Source of the DNA: Cyanophora paradoxa CCMP329
Lineage: Eukaryota > Plantae > Glaucophyta
NCBI GenBank assembly: GCA_004431415.1
Contig: QPMI01000530.1
Span: 162,420 to 226,419, forward strand
Direction of reading: 5' to 3'
Length of the DNA stretch: 64,000 bases
In this document: positions 26,251-38,543 of the stretch, piece after piece
Position numbering within the stretch: position 1 is the stretch's first letter
How the letters are laid out: each line of letters begins with the position of its first letter
Position numbers and translations under genes: made by a program
The notes under the pieces: generated by a model
What the model was told of the DNA's origin: nothing
Seen by the model: the letters and a program-made list of their open reading frames with translations, nothing else
Database searches by the model: none

Positions 26251-26779
26251 CGCATGCACATGCTTGACCGGCGAGCCGCGCCCCCGCCCGCCGCGCTCCC
26301 GCCCCGCCCGTCGAGCCGCGCCGCCGCTTGTCTCTCGAGCCTGCCGCCGGCTACATGGCGCCGGGATCGGTGCGCGAGCTCGAGGGCGGCTTGGCGCGGG
26401 CCGATGCAGACCAAGACGACAGATGCAGGAGCACTCCGCGGCCGAACACGACGTGCCCGCGCGTTAGCGGCTGCTAGAGGCCACGCGAGGCGGCTGCTGC
26501 TAGAGGCCAGACCCATGCGTCAGGGCTGCTGCTGCTGAATTCGAAGCTCGGATCTGCGGTCGGCGGGCGCAGGGCGCCGACAGTCGGGCGCGGCCTCGGC
26601 CAAGCGGGCGCCTACTACCGGCGCAGACGAACGTGCTTGTACATGTTGGTCAGCAGCTGTAGGTGCTCTCCGAGGCTCCGCAACCCACAAGACACAACCC
26701 ACAAATCTGCCCCGGCTGTGTCCGCATGCATATGGTGTCGAGCAGAGCAGAACTTCGCCACGGTCGGAGCATGCATATG

Positions 26780-27300
26780 GCGTTGCATTCGGTCGGCGCC
26801 ACGCCTCCGCCCAGCTAGCGCTAGCGCGAACGAAGTCTGCTGGGTACTGCAACACGATCTCCTCCAACTCTCAGGAGCGCTTTTTTTCGGCGTCCGGTAC
26901 AACAGGTACTTGAGGCGGCCTAGCGCGCCACGCGCCACTTCTCGAGCCCGGGCATGTATGACAGAATTTGTAAAGCGCATTGAGAGCATTCAGGAGCACG
27001 TGGTCTGGCGCATATAGAGATAGCAGGTGAGGCGCGACCTCGACATGTTTGCGCAGCCCCGCCCTTGCATTTTTTTTCGCCGCTCGCAGCGGCTACGATG
27101 CGATCACACCTATACGAGAGCGCATGCAAAGAATCGCATCTTACAAAAATTGCTAACACAGAAAGTACGCCGCACCAACTCACCAGGGGAGCAAGGGAGG
27201 GGGTACCCCCCCTTGCAAATACTACGCCGCTTCTGCCCGAGGGCGCTGCTGCTGTACATGTTGTGCAGCAGGAGGTCGGTTACCACGGGGTCCAGGCTTC
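26780..27300 (-). pseudogene. Possible degenerate PIF/Harbinger (DDE_Tnp_4) transposase remnant
   Basis: CKGGYPL resembles DxGYPL, and RFTNSVIHARAREVARGALGRLK resembles RFN..HS.AR..VE.AFG.LK, in the expected order but in different frames with catalytic residues altered. Confidence 0.3.
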
Positions 27301-27489
27301 TAGATCTCTGACCACCAAGGAGCCCATCCGTGTGCGTCATTCCCCTGCCCGTCTACCGGTAGAGATCCGTGGGTTAGTCAGGAGCCTTGAACCGTTAAGG
27401 TGTCCGTACGCGTCACTTTAATACCCTCCACGTCCCAGGCCAACTGCCGGGCGACAAGCTAAAGGGCCGAGGCGATATCGATGGAGGGC

Positions 27490-30160
27490 GGGGCGGCGGG
27501 GTGGGGCGGGGCGCGCACGGCGCAGGGCGGCGGTCGAGCTCGAGAACTCCCCCTCGAAGAACAGCAGGGGGCGAGGGAGAGGGGGGCGGAGGGGGGAGGG
27601 CTACGGGCTACGGGGTGGGACGAGGAGAGAGAGAGGGGGTGGGGTGGGGTGGGCTAAGGGCTACGGGGTGGGGCAAGGGAGAGGGGGTGGGGTGAGGGAG
27701 AGGGGGGGGGGAGCGGGGAGGGGGGTACGGGCGCGCACTCCTTCAGGGAGAGGGCGGCTGAGCCGGCGGCAAGGCCCTCGAGGAGGGGTACCGCGTCCCG
27801 GCGGGGGTGGTCCACGACGATGTACCTGTGCCCAAATCAAAACGTTTCACAGCTTAACGCGTTCTTCTAGAGAGAGAAACGTCGTTATATACGGGGCGTA
27901 CATACCGGGCGTCTGGACGTCTAGGTAATCCAGGGCGGAGAGTCTGCCCAGAACCCTCCGCCGCTCCGAGGTTCGTGATCGCCAGCCTGACCTCAGAGTT
28001 CAGCGGAGGGGGCGGGGAGCTCGAGGCGAGGGCCGACCCGCTCGAGGCGCGGGAGGCGGCGGCGGGCCGGCCGGTCGACGGGGCAGGAGCAGGCGGGCGG
28101 GGCGGGGGACTCCAGGTCGGGGAAGCTTAAGGGCAAGAGCAGGCGGTCGATCCCGACGGCCAGCTGCAGGCCGCCGTAGCCGCCGTAGCTGCGATGCTCC
28201 GGAGTGCCGCGGGGCTGCGGGGCGGGGCTGAGAAGCCGGAGCCGGAGGCGTAGGTCGGTTCGGGGCCGCCAGGGCGAGGAGCAGCTGCAGGCCGGTCGAT
28301 CCCGACGGCCAGCTGCAGGCCGCCGTAGCCGCCGTAGCTGCGATGCTCCGGAGTGCCGCGGGGCTGCGGGGCGGGGCTGAGAAGCTGGAGCCGGAGGCGT
28401 AGGTCGGTTCGGGGCCGCCAGGGCGAGGAGCAGCTGCAGGCCGGTCGATCCCGACGGCCAGCTGCAGGCCGCCGTAGCCGCCGTAGCTGCGATGCTCCGG
28501 AGTGCCGCGGGGCTGCGGGGCGGGGCTGAGAAGCCGGAGCCGGAGGCGTAGGTCGGTTCGGGGCCGCCAGGGCGAGGAGCAGCTGCAGGCCGGTCGATCC
28601 CGACGGCCAGCTACAGGCCGCCGTAGCCGCCGTAGCTGCGATGCTCCGGAGTGCCGCGGGGCTGCGGGGCGGGGCTGAGAAGCTGGAGCCGGAGGCGTAG
28701 GTCGGTTCGGGGCCGCCAGGGCGAGGAGCAGCTGCAGGCCGGTCGATCCCGACGGCCAGCTGCAGGCTGCCGTAGCCGTGGGCGTAGCAGCTGCGGCGGG
28801 CGGCGCTTCGGAGCGCCGCGGGGCTGCGGGCCGGGGCGGAGGAGCCGGGGCCGGAGGCGGCGCCCGGAGCCGCGGCGCTGGTCGAGCCGGGGGCGCGAGG
28901 CCTAGGGCGGGGAGCAGGTTTCCGAAGCAGCCGCGGTCGGAGACGGGGCAGTCCACTCCGACTCCGCTTAATTATAAACCGCCTGCGCCGCCGAGAGGGC
29001 GGCGCGCCACGGCTCCGCTCGCACGCGGCGGGGAAGCTGAAGACGGGACCCGTGAGGCCTGAGGTGCAGGCGCAGCGACGCGCCGGGGGCGACGCGGATT
29101 CACCGCCGGCCAGGCGCCGGCGCGGGCGCGGGCGCGGGCGCGGGTCGCCCTCCAGGAGCCCTCCCCTAGGCGCTGGAGGGCGGCGAGGCGGGGCGGGGCA
29201 GGGCGCGCAGGGCGGCGGTCGAGCGCCCACCCTCGAAGAGCAGCCTGCGCGGGGCTCAGCAAAGGCCGCGCGCGGGGCTCATCGAAGGGCCGGGCCGGGT
29301 TCAGGGAGGGGGGGAGGGGGGGGGGGGGGGCGGGAGGTGGGGAGGCGGGGGGGGGGGGGGGGGGGAGGGGGGGGGGGGGGCGGGGAGGAGGAGGGAAGGG
29401 ATACGGGCGCGCACTCCTTCTGGAGAGGGTGGCGGGGCCGGCGGCGAGGCCCTCGAGGAGGGGTACCTCGTCCGATGTACCTTCCGTGCAGACGCGCCCC
29501 CAAATCATTTTCGCAGAGAGACACGTTGTTATAAGTATCTAGTCGGAGCGCACCTGCCGGGGCGGGGAGGGCGCCCAGGCCTTCATGATCAGCCGCCCCG
29601 AAGCTCGCCAGCCTGACCTCAGAGTTCAGCGGAGGGGGCGGCGAGGGGCGGCGAGGCGAGGGCCGACCCGCTTGAGGCGATCGCCGACCGGAGGCGCTGG
29701 TGGGCCGCGGCCGGCCGGTCAACGGGGCAGCAGCCGGGCGGGGCGAGGGCCTCCGGGCTGGGGAAGGGTGCGAGCAGGCGGTCGATCCCGACGTTGGGCG
29801 CAGCAGCTGCGCCGCGGAGGGCGATGCTCCGGAGCTGCGGGGCTGCGGGCCGGGGCGGAGGAGCCGGAGCCGGAGGCGGCACCCGGGCCCGCGGCGCCGG
29901 CCGGGGGCGCGAGGGCGGGGAGCAGGTATCCGAAGCAGCCGCGGGCGGAGACGGGGCAGTCCACTTGGACCCCGCTTAACTGTCCACTTCGACTCCCCTT
30001 AAACCGCCGGCGCCGCCCTCCGCCGCCGCAGCCACGGCCGCCGCGCACGCACGCGGCGACGAACGAGAGGGCGGCGCGCGACGCGCTGCGCTCGGAGCGA
30101 CGCGGATCTACCGCCGGTCAGGCGCGGGCGCGGGCTCCAGGATCGAGGCGCCCCTCCCGA
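27490..30160. repeat. Diverged GC-rich tandem units (~27490-28970 and ~29180-29980, plus partial)
   Basis: Shared blocks, e.g. TACGGGCGCGCACTCCTTC (27726/29402) and TCGCCAGCCTGACCTCAGAGTTCAGCGGAGGGGGCGG (27979/29605). Confidence 0.8.
28145..28780. repeat. 149-bp tandem repeat, ~4.3 copies
   Basis: GGTCGATCCCGACGGCCAGCT at 28145, 28294, 28443, 28592, 28741. Confidence 0.95.
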
Positions 30161-30748
30161 GCCGGCCATGGCCACGAGCCGGCGCCCCGCGAGGCAGTCC
30201 GCGCCTGCGGCGCGGCGCGAGGTGCACGTGGCGTCCGCCGCATCGCGCCAGCTGCAGCGGCGGCAGACGGAGCGCGCGGCGGCCGCGGGCCGAAAGCCGA
30301 GGTGCTCCAGGATCTGACCATGAGACGGGATCGCGTCGGGCAGCGCTAGCTGCAGCTGGCCATGGTCGAACGGAGCCACGGCGCCCGGCGCAGCTGCAGC
30401 CTAGGCCTGTCCAGATTCATCGACGGTCGCCCTCGAGCTCGCCGGTGCGAGCGCGACGGTCGCCCTCGCTGCTGCCGCAGTGCTCTGAGTGCTGCTGATC
30501 GGCCGCGGCTGCTCTGAGTGCTCAGGACTAGGCCTAGGTAGCAGCTCTAGATCTGCCTGCATGCTGGTACCGGTCGCGTGGCCCATGGTGAAAAAGAGAC
30601 AGGCATACAGCTAGAGGAGACCGAAGCCGCCGCGCGCTCCCTCAAAAGGGAGGGAGAGCAATGGCAAGAGGGGAGTCAACTCTCCCCTAGCCATCTCGCT
30701 TTATCGGGCACCGCGCGGATTCGACCTATCCCCCTCTCGTTCCAAAGG

Positions 30749-30821
30749 CATCCCTCCGGGGACTCGAACCCCGAATCTTTCGCTTAGGAGGCGAACGCGT
30801 TATCCATTTCGCCAGAGGGAC
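30749..30821 (-). tRNA. trnR-CCT: tRNA-Arg(CCT)
   Basis: Reverse complement folds as a cloverleaf: acceptor GTCCCTC/GAGGGAT, anticodon arm TTCGC-CT CCT AA-GCGAA, T-arm CGGGG-TTCGAGT-CCCCG; 73 nt. Confidence 0.92.
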
Positions 30822-31645
30822 TGACCGCAACGGTCATTTTCAGGTCCGCCCGGCCCCGCTAAGGGCCCGTGCAGGGGTTCGGCCGTGCTGTCTTAATTAA
30901 GCCGCTGAGCTCGAGCTTAGCCTCGCTACTAGTACTGCGATAACGACATCGATTAGGATTACGATTAGGCCTCGAGCTCGGCGACGGCTAGTACTGTGAC
31001 TGCGATTACGATTGCGATTGCGATTACGATTGCGATTTGGTTGGACGAAAAGCTTCAGATAGCCTGAGATACATATAGGCAGGAAGTCGGACGAAAGTTG
31101 GACGAAAGTTGGCCGCCGGGCGGCCGGGCCGCCGCCCGGCGGCCGCGCCCCCTGCAGCAGGCCGGCGCCGGGCTGCAGTCACTGAGTGAGTCCGCTTTCG
31201 AGCTTTGATTTCGGTTTGAGGTTTCGAATTCAGTGAGAGTCAGTGAGAGAGTCACCGTCACGACTCACGACTCACGGCCGCGGAAATGGATATTTGACTC
31301 ACTCACCGTCAACGGCCGCGGTATTGAAACCGGGTATTTGAACGGCCGCGGGGCTGTGGGGCGGGACACCGCGGCTGTGCTGTCTTAAGCCGCTGAGCTT
31401 ATAATTAGCCTCGCTACTAGTACTGCGATAACGATATCGATTACGATTACGATTACGAGGCGTGCTAGCTATATATATATATACTATGATATGGCGCTAG
31501 CGCTAGCGTACGTAGCGCTTGCAATTGGCCGGTCGGCCGCGCCTTCAAGCTTAACTATTAAGCTTTGGACGAAGAGTTGGACGGAAATTAAAGTTGGACG
31601 AAACTTGGACTTGCGATCGGGAGTCGGGATCCGGACGCCCGTCGG

Positions 31646-31811
31646 AAAGTTGGACGAAAGTTGGACGAAAGTTGGACGAAAGTTGGACGAAAGTTGGACG
31701 AAAGTTGGACGAAAGTTGCCAAGTTGGACGAAAGTTGGACGAAAGTTGGACGAAAGTTGGACGAAAGTTGGACGAAAGTTGGACGAAAGTTGGACGAAAG
31801 TTGGACGAAAC
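31646..31811. repeat. 11-bp minisatellite (GTTGGACGAAA)n, ~14 copies
   Basis: Direct reading; shorter runs at ~31040-31110, 32552-32640, 34912-34950. Confidence 0.95.
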
Positions 31812-32947
31812 TTTGAAATTTGACGGCCGGGCCCCATCAATGGGCCATCATGCATATATATGGCCAGCTGCAGGCTGCAGCGGCCGGCCCAGGCCGGGCC
31901 ACTGGCAATGTCCAGCACGCCGATGCATATGGCCATACGTATACTATCATATTACTATGCGGCCATGCGGCCATGCATATCACAGCGGAACGGCGTTGTA
32001 TGGCGCCCTATACGCTATATCACAGCGGAACGGCTCCACTGCTGACTCACTGGCTGACTCAGCAGCCAGTGAGTCAGCAGTGGAGCCTGGGGGTACTGGT
32101 CAGCTGCAGTCCCGCGCCCATTTTCAGGGCAGGGGCTGACGGCCGCGGCGCTCGATCGCGCTCGCAACAGGCTCACTGCGCGGCCAGAGACTAGAATGAA
32201 GGAGCCGTAGTCGTGCGTCAATCGCCATCCGGCGTCGCTCGCGGTACGGGGCACTGACACGGCCTGAGGTCGTCGTCCAGCGGGCCCCGAATTAATAGAT
32301 TAAGAACTAATATCATAGTACTGGTATTGCAGTGGTTCGGCCGTGCTGTCTTGGGCCCGTGCAGTGGTTCGGCCGTGCTGTCTTAATTAAGCCGCTGAGC
32401 TCGAGCTTAGCCTCGCTACTAGTACTGCGATTACGATTACGATCATCATGATCAGGATTACGATCATCATGATCCGATGATCAGGATTACTAAGTTACGA
32501 TTACGATTGCGATTGCGATTACGATTGCGATTGCGATTACGATTGCGATTTGGTTGGACGAAAAGCTTCAGATAGCCTGAGATACATATAGGCAGGAAGT
32601 CGGACGAAAGTTGGACGAATTCGAAAGTTGGACGAAAGTTGGCGGCCGGGCCGCCGCCGCGCCCCCTGCAGGCTGCGGCCCTGGCTGCGGGCCAGAGCTA
32701 GAGACTGCGGCCGGCCGGACCCCCCGGCCGGGCGCCGGCCCGTCGACTCGGCGACGACCGTCGGACTCGGCGACGACTCGGCGTCGAGTCTGCCAGCCTG
32801 GCAGAGCTACTGGTAGGCAGTGCCAGGCACTGCCAGCTGGCTGTGAATGATTGAATTCAGTGCCACGCGTACGTGCACGGTGCATGCACTTACCGGTAGT
32901 CAGCAATGCTGGGGGTACTAGTACTGTTAAAAGTTTTACAGTCCCGA

Positions 32948-34500
32948 TGACGAGGGCAGCGCCTCGCCGCGGCCCTCGCCCCAACGTCGCGGCGCCGGCG
33001 CGGCGCCGGCGCGCCCGCGCGCCGGCCCCGAAACGCAGCCCGGAGGAAGCGAAGCGCTACAAGGCGCGGCTGCGCGAGTGGCGGCGCTCGGAACACGGCG
33101 CTGCCATCGCGCGGGCCTACCGCGAACGCCATTGCCTGCGCCGCCGCGAGCAGAACCGCGTCTACAGGGGCTCGGAACAGGGGAAAGAAATCATCGTGCG
33201 ACCACTTCCGGTCCATTCCGAGCCCGTTCGCGCACGGCTGACTGCGCCACACAACAGGCTCGCTACAACGCCCAACCGCACGTGGCTGAGAAGACTGCGA
33301 AGCGCAAGGCCCGCTACAAGCGCAAGCCACACGTCGTCGCAAAGAATGCTGTCCGCGCCGAGCAGCGCGCGCTGCGCATCCTCGTTCTCCGCTCGGCCGG
33401 CGCCGGCGTCAGGCGCCGCGCCTTCGCCTTCTCGCGCGCGCTCTTCCCGCACCACAAGGCGTGGTTGAGCGCGTGGGAGAGCCCAGATCCAATCGCGGCG
33501 CTTCGGCAGCTCAAGCGCGACGGAGGCGGCCTACCGCACGACTCGCACAAGCGGGAGCTTCAGGCCAGCCCGCCCGAGCGCCCGCCGAGCCCCGCTAAGT
33601 CGCCTGCAGATGATGGGCGCTCTCGGACTCTACCTGATCGAGCGGGGCGTGCCCTTCGAGGAGGTGATGTACGACCTCACCGCCGAGGGCTGGACGTGCG
33701 CCCGCGCGCCCCACTCGCCCCGCACGCGCCCACGCTCTCGCAGGATGGGACCCACCCCGCGCGGCGACGTCCTCATCATAGGCCGCTACGTCGTCATCCT
33801 CCTCGAGGGCGACGAGCGCGAGCACGGCCCGACGAACCCGTACTACTGGACGGGGTTGCTCCCGCTCTCTTTCGCTTCTCCCTCCGGCTCTCGCTGACTG
33901 TTGCGTCATTCCGCCGGGCCGCCAGGAGCTACGTGACCTGGTTGGAGAAGGAGCGCGAACTGGAGCTCGCCGTCAGCATCGCCAACGTGAAAAAGAGGCC
34001 GATGGTGGCCCTCAGGTACTCCTTCCGCGCGTTTCCGCTCGCCTTCAATTCGTTCACGTCCCGCGCAGGCTGAACCTTCACAGCAAGCGGCGCTGGAAGG
34101 ACATGTACGCCGCGCTGGCGCGCATGGAGGCCTTCCTGAAACTCCCCCGCGACCAGCTCCCGCAGGTGCCTGCACTCCCCTCGAGCTCAGGACCCATTGT
34201 GCGATCTGATGCCCCATCGCGCGCAGGCGGGCAAGCCGCTCGTGGAGTACTTCGGCTACTCCCCGGAGCGCCTCGCCGCCCTCGCCTCCGCCCGCCGCCC
34301 CACCCTGGTGGAGGGCCGCCAGCGCCCTGCACCGCGCATCCGCTACGAGGACCTGCCGGCCTGGATGCAGGTTCGGCCCCCGTGCCCCTCCTGCCCGCGC
34401 CCCTCTTCCCTACGCCTCACCGGCCCTCGCAGCTGGAGGTCGACGCCGCCCGCGCCCTGCCCGGCTACGGCAGCTGCCGGCTCGACATCTAGGCGCGCGC
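32948..34500 (+). CDS. Intron-containing or degenerate putative Vsr-like/PD-(D/E)XK endonuclease of a type common in large DNA viruses, with basic helical N-terminus
   Basis: PRGDVLIIGRYVVILLEGDEREH...EKERELELAVSIANVKKRPMVALR matches the RPD..IIIEVDENQH..E..RM..I....P..FIRFNP pattern; GT..CAG intron at ~34016-34068. Confidence 0.45.
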
Positions 34501-34632
34501 TACTAGTAGTAGGCCTCCCTGACGCGGCCCGGGCCCCCCGTGCCACAGGAGGTAGCTAGATATTTGAGATTGAGCCTCAGGCCTAGGGTGAGCTTTGATT
34601 TCGATTTGCGTTTGGTGTGGTAAATCACGAAT

Positions 34633-34691
34633 CTCGAACCCCGAATCTTTCGCTTAGGAGGCGAACGCGTTATCCATTTCGCCAGAGGGAC
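34633..34691 (-). pseudogene. 3'-truncated tRNA-Arg(CCT) copy
   Basis: Identical to the first 59 nt of the 30749-30821 tRNA; stops after GGGGTTCGAG. Confidence 0.9.
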
Positions 34692-35260
34692 TGACCCGCA
34701 ACGGTCATTTTCAGGTCCGCCCGGCCCCGCTAAGGGCCCGTGCAGTGCACGTGGTTCGGCCGTGCTGTCTTAATTAAGCCGCTGAGCTCGAGCTTAGCCT
34801 CGCTACTAGTACTGCGATTACGATTACGATCATCATGATCAGGATTACGATCATCATGATCCGATGATCAGGATTACTAAGTTACGATTACGATTGCGAT
34901 TGCGATAAGGCGACGAAAGTTGGACGAATTCGAAAGTTGGACGAAAGTTGGCGGCCGGGCCGCCGCCGCGCCCCCTGCAGGCTGCGGCCCTGGCTGCGGG
35001 CCAGAGCTAGAGACTGCGGCCGGCCGGACCCCCCGGCCGGGCGCCGGCCCGTCGACTCGGCGACGACCGTCGGACTCGGCGACGACTCGGCGTCGAGTCT
35101 GCCAGATCTAGATTCTAGAGCTACTGGTAGGCAGTGCTGGGGTAGGCAGTGCCAGCACTGCCAGGCACTGCCAGCTGGCTGTGAATGATTGAATTCAGTG
35201 CCACGCGTACGTGCACGGTGCATGCACTTACCGGTAGTCAGCAATGCTGGGGGTACTAGT

Positions 35261-38215
35261 TTATTCAGGCTTATTTCAGGCTGGATCAGGCTTGCTACCC
35301 CCGCCCCGCCCCCAGCACCGCGCCAGCACACATAGAAGCATCGGAACTCGCATTGCACATACGAGAAGCACTGTTCTACATCTAAACGCACTAAACATTC
35401 AATAACTGAAACTAAACCAGACACTACAATGAGCCTCGTCAGCGGTCGCAGCGCTCCTGCCCGTAGCGCCGGGGGAGCAAGGGAGCGCTGGAGGGCGGCG
35501 GTCGCCAATGCGCATCCACATCGAACGTCGCAGCTTGTGCTGCCGGTCGCCCGCATGCGAGATCTGGAACCGCGAGTCAGCAAGGGCGAGCGGGCCTCGT
35601 CCGGGATCGGACGCCGGCGAGCGGCCGGCCGGGAGGAGCGCGTACCTTCATCGAGGATCGCGAGGCGAAGTCGCGCGGGGCTGCACGCCTCGAAGCAGGC
35701 AAAGATCTGGAACCGCGAGTCAGCAAGGGCGAGCGGGCCTCGTCCGGGATCGGACGCCGGCGAGCGGCCGGCCGGGAGGAGCGCGTACCTTCATCGAGGA
35801 TCGCGAGGCGAAGTCGCGCGGGGCTGCACGCCTCGAAGCAGGCAAAGATCTGGAACCGCGAGTCAGCAAGGGCGAGCGGGCCTCGTCCGGGATCGGACGC
35901 CGACGAGCGGCCGGCCGGGAGGAGCGCGTACCTTCATCGAGGATCGCGAGGCGAAGTCGCGCGGGGCTGCACGCCTCGAAGCAGGCAAAGATCTGGAACC
36001 GCGAGTCAGCAAGGGCGAGCGGGCCTCGGCCGGGATCGGGCGTCGGCGAGCGGCCGGCCGGGAGGAGCGCGTACCTTCATCGAGGATCGAGGGGAGCGGC
36101 CGCGCCGTGCTGCAGCCTGCAGCTGCAGGAAGCGAGAAGCGCGGGTCACCACGGAAGCGAGAGCGCAGGCCGGTCAAGCACTCCTGCGTGAGAAGATTAG
36201 CAAGAATAGCCCACAGAGCGACCGCAGCGCGTCCGAGAGCACGAGTTCGCGGATCGGACCTGGCGGGCTGCGGACAATGCCGCTCGGGGCTCCGGGCGGA
36301 AGCTGCCCGCTTCCTAAAGCTCCCTGATCAGCAACCAGTGTGCCAAGAGGCCGGCAGCTCGCGGGAGACGGGCCGCAGACCTCATTCGACGAAGTCCGCC
36401 CGCGGCCCGCTCTCGCTGCCGACCTGCACGCGTACGAGGTGCACGCAACGCTAGAGAGGCGGTTGCTGCACGCTCCGCTCGCCCGCGGCTGCCGCAAGGC
36501 GCGGGAGCGGGCAGCGAGGGCTCCGATATTTGCGGTTTGTGTACCCCAGTCAAAACCAGTACCCAAGCTCGAAGACCTCGCTCTTAGCTAGAGGCATGCA
36601 AGACAAGCGGCGAGCGCAGCTATGCACTGGAGACACTAGCTATGACAAGTGGAGAGCGCCGCCGTCGCCGCAGCCGCCGCAGGCGACGTCGCCCATCTAG
36701 TGCGGCATCGCGGCAGGCCGTTCCCGCCCAGCAGCGTCCCGAGAGCTACGTGGGATGCTTGGTGCGCTGGATCGGTCCCCGCGAGCTCCCGTTGCCGCTC
36801 TCCAGCTGCGCCGACCTCGGGAGAAGTTGCTCATTTGGGCCCAGGCTCGGCGCAGCTCTCCGCTTTACATCGCAGAGGTATTTCGCCGATGTAAGAATGC
36901 CACCTGCATGCTCTCAGCCCGACCCGACGCTGTTTCGCACAGGCCTGCCGGCGTCGGGCGGATTGCTTGCACCGTCGAAGGCGGACGACGCACCGCGCAC
37001 GCGCAACGCTCTGCAACATCTCTCCGGTTGATCCTGTCGCAGGCGAGCCGCGCCCGCTGCCGCGCTGCGCCCGAGCGCCGACCCCCGCCGCAGTTTGATG
37101 GTCGCGCGGCCGCACCCGTGCGCTCCCGCCCAATCGCTGCGCATAGCCGTGATCTTCGCCTCAGATGCTCGCGAAACGGCCGCGCGGGAGCGGGTCCTCC
37201 GCCGCTCCTTCCCCCCTCGCGGGCGGCCTTCCTCGGCTCCGAGCTCGCCGAGCTCGCCCAGGTCCGCGGAGACCTTAGGGGGGGGAGAATCAACTTTCGG
37301 CCGACCACGTAGGCTTATAAAGGGCTTCAATACGAGTTAAATTATCCTAGTATAGGGTCCGGCAGATCACTTTTCGAGACGACTTCCTGGCACCGTTGCC
37401 GGGCCGCTGGGCCACGGGAATCGCTGGGCCGGGCCCGCTCTCTTTCCCCTCGCACTAGCCTGCATCTAACCTCGAGTTCTGCTTGTCCAGATTTCGCAGG
37501 CGAGCTCTCCACGCGAAGCTGCAGCGGAGTGCCGCGCTTTTTTGGTGCGCGCTCGCCAGGCCACGGCGCCGCTCTTAAGCTTTATACATGATCTTAAAAT
37601 AACTCTTCAATACGCGCTGCTGCGCGCCTTCAGATCGCCCCCATCCGAACACCCATCGTCTGACCTTATTCTGACATTATCTCCTAGGACGGGCGTCTCG
37701 GCCCGGCGGCGGCCGCGGGCAGCTCCGCGCGGCTCCCCGTGCGCGACTTCGCACGGCACATCCACATGCCGAGCGCGGCGTCCGGCGCCGCGGCCTGCGA
37801 GGAGCGCGGGCCCGGATCCGCAATATCTCCTGGAGAATCACTGCCCTTTTGCCGCTTTAAAATTTTTCAATTCCGTCTGCATGTTTAGATGTAGAACAGT
37901 ATCGTATACTTAGTACTAGTACTAGAGCTTCTCATATTTAGAGTGCGAGTTCCGATGTTTCTATGTGTGCTGGCGCGCTCAGCCTGATTCGGCCTGACCA
38001 GCCGACTCCAGCCTGATGACTATTGGAATCAGGCTTGGGTGCAGGCTGGAGTCCAGCCTGTAAAGAAATCAGGCTAGCCTGATAGCTAAGCAGGCTAGCC
38101 TGTTTGGCAATCGGGCTGGAATCAGGCTGGCGGCTCAGCCTGATTCCAGCCTGTTTTCGAATCAGGCTAGCCTGATATTAATCAGGCTGAAACAGGCTCC
38201 GGCGACCCCCCTTTT
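35261..38215. mobile_element. Putative non-autonomous TIR element (~2.9 kb)
   Basis: Inverted matches 35319-35352 vs 37944-37977 (33/34) and 35371-35387 vs 37883-37899 (17/17); CAGGCT/AGCCTG sub-terminal repeats at both ends. Confidence 0.5.
35561..36089. repeat. 143-bp tandem repeat, ~3.7 copies
   Basis: GATCTGGAACCGCGAGTCAGC at 35561, 35704, 35847, 35990. Confidence 0.95.
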
Positions 38216-38543
38216 ACTAGTGCCGACGTTGTCGCGCCGCGACCCGCGCGGCCGCGGCCGCCGCGAGCAGAGCTTCGGAAACGCGTCTGCAGGGGCGCCG
38301 GCCCGCGCCACCTGTGCGCATGCACGGCCGTGGTCAGATGCAGTCCCGCGCCCATTTTCATGGCAGGGGCTGACGGCGCTCGCAGCAGGCTCACTGCGCG
38401 CACAGGCGTAGAATGAAAGGAGCTGAGCCGCCGTCGTGCGTCAATCGCCATTCCGGCGTCGTTCGCCGTACTTGACCGCATGCGCACTCGCGCGCGGGCG
38501 GCGCGGCGCAGGGCTTGGAGGCCGTAGTACTAGTCGTGCGCCC

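Larger units (their letters stand above)
32353..35260. repeat. ~550-bp direct repeats (32353-32922 and 34734-35260); related partial copies at ~30863-31160 and ~31375-31460
   Basis: Colinear near-identity from GGGCCCGTGCAG to GGGGGTACTAGT. Confidence 0.9.

Noticed and set aside
30860-31570. Synthetic multiple-cloning site
   Set aside because: Palindrome clusters are spread over ~20 kb and differ between natural repeat copies.
28145-36089. CRISPR-like arrays in the 149-, 143- and 11-bp repeats
   Set aside because: Head-to-tail tandem repeats without variable spacers.
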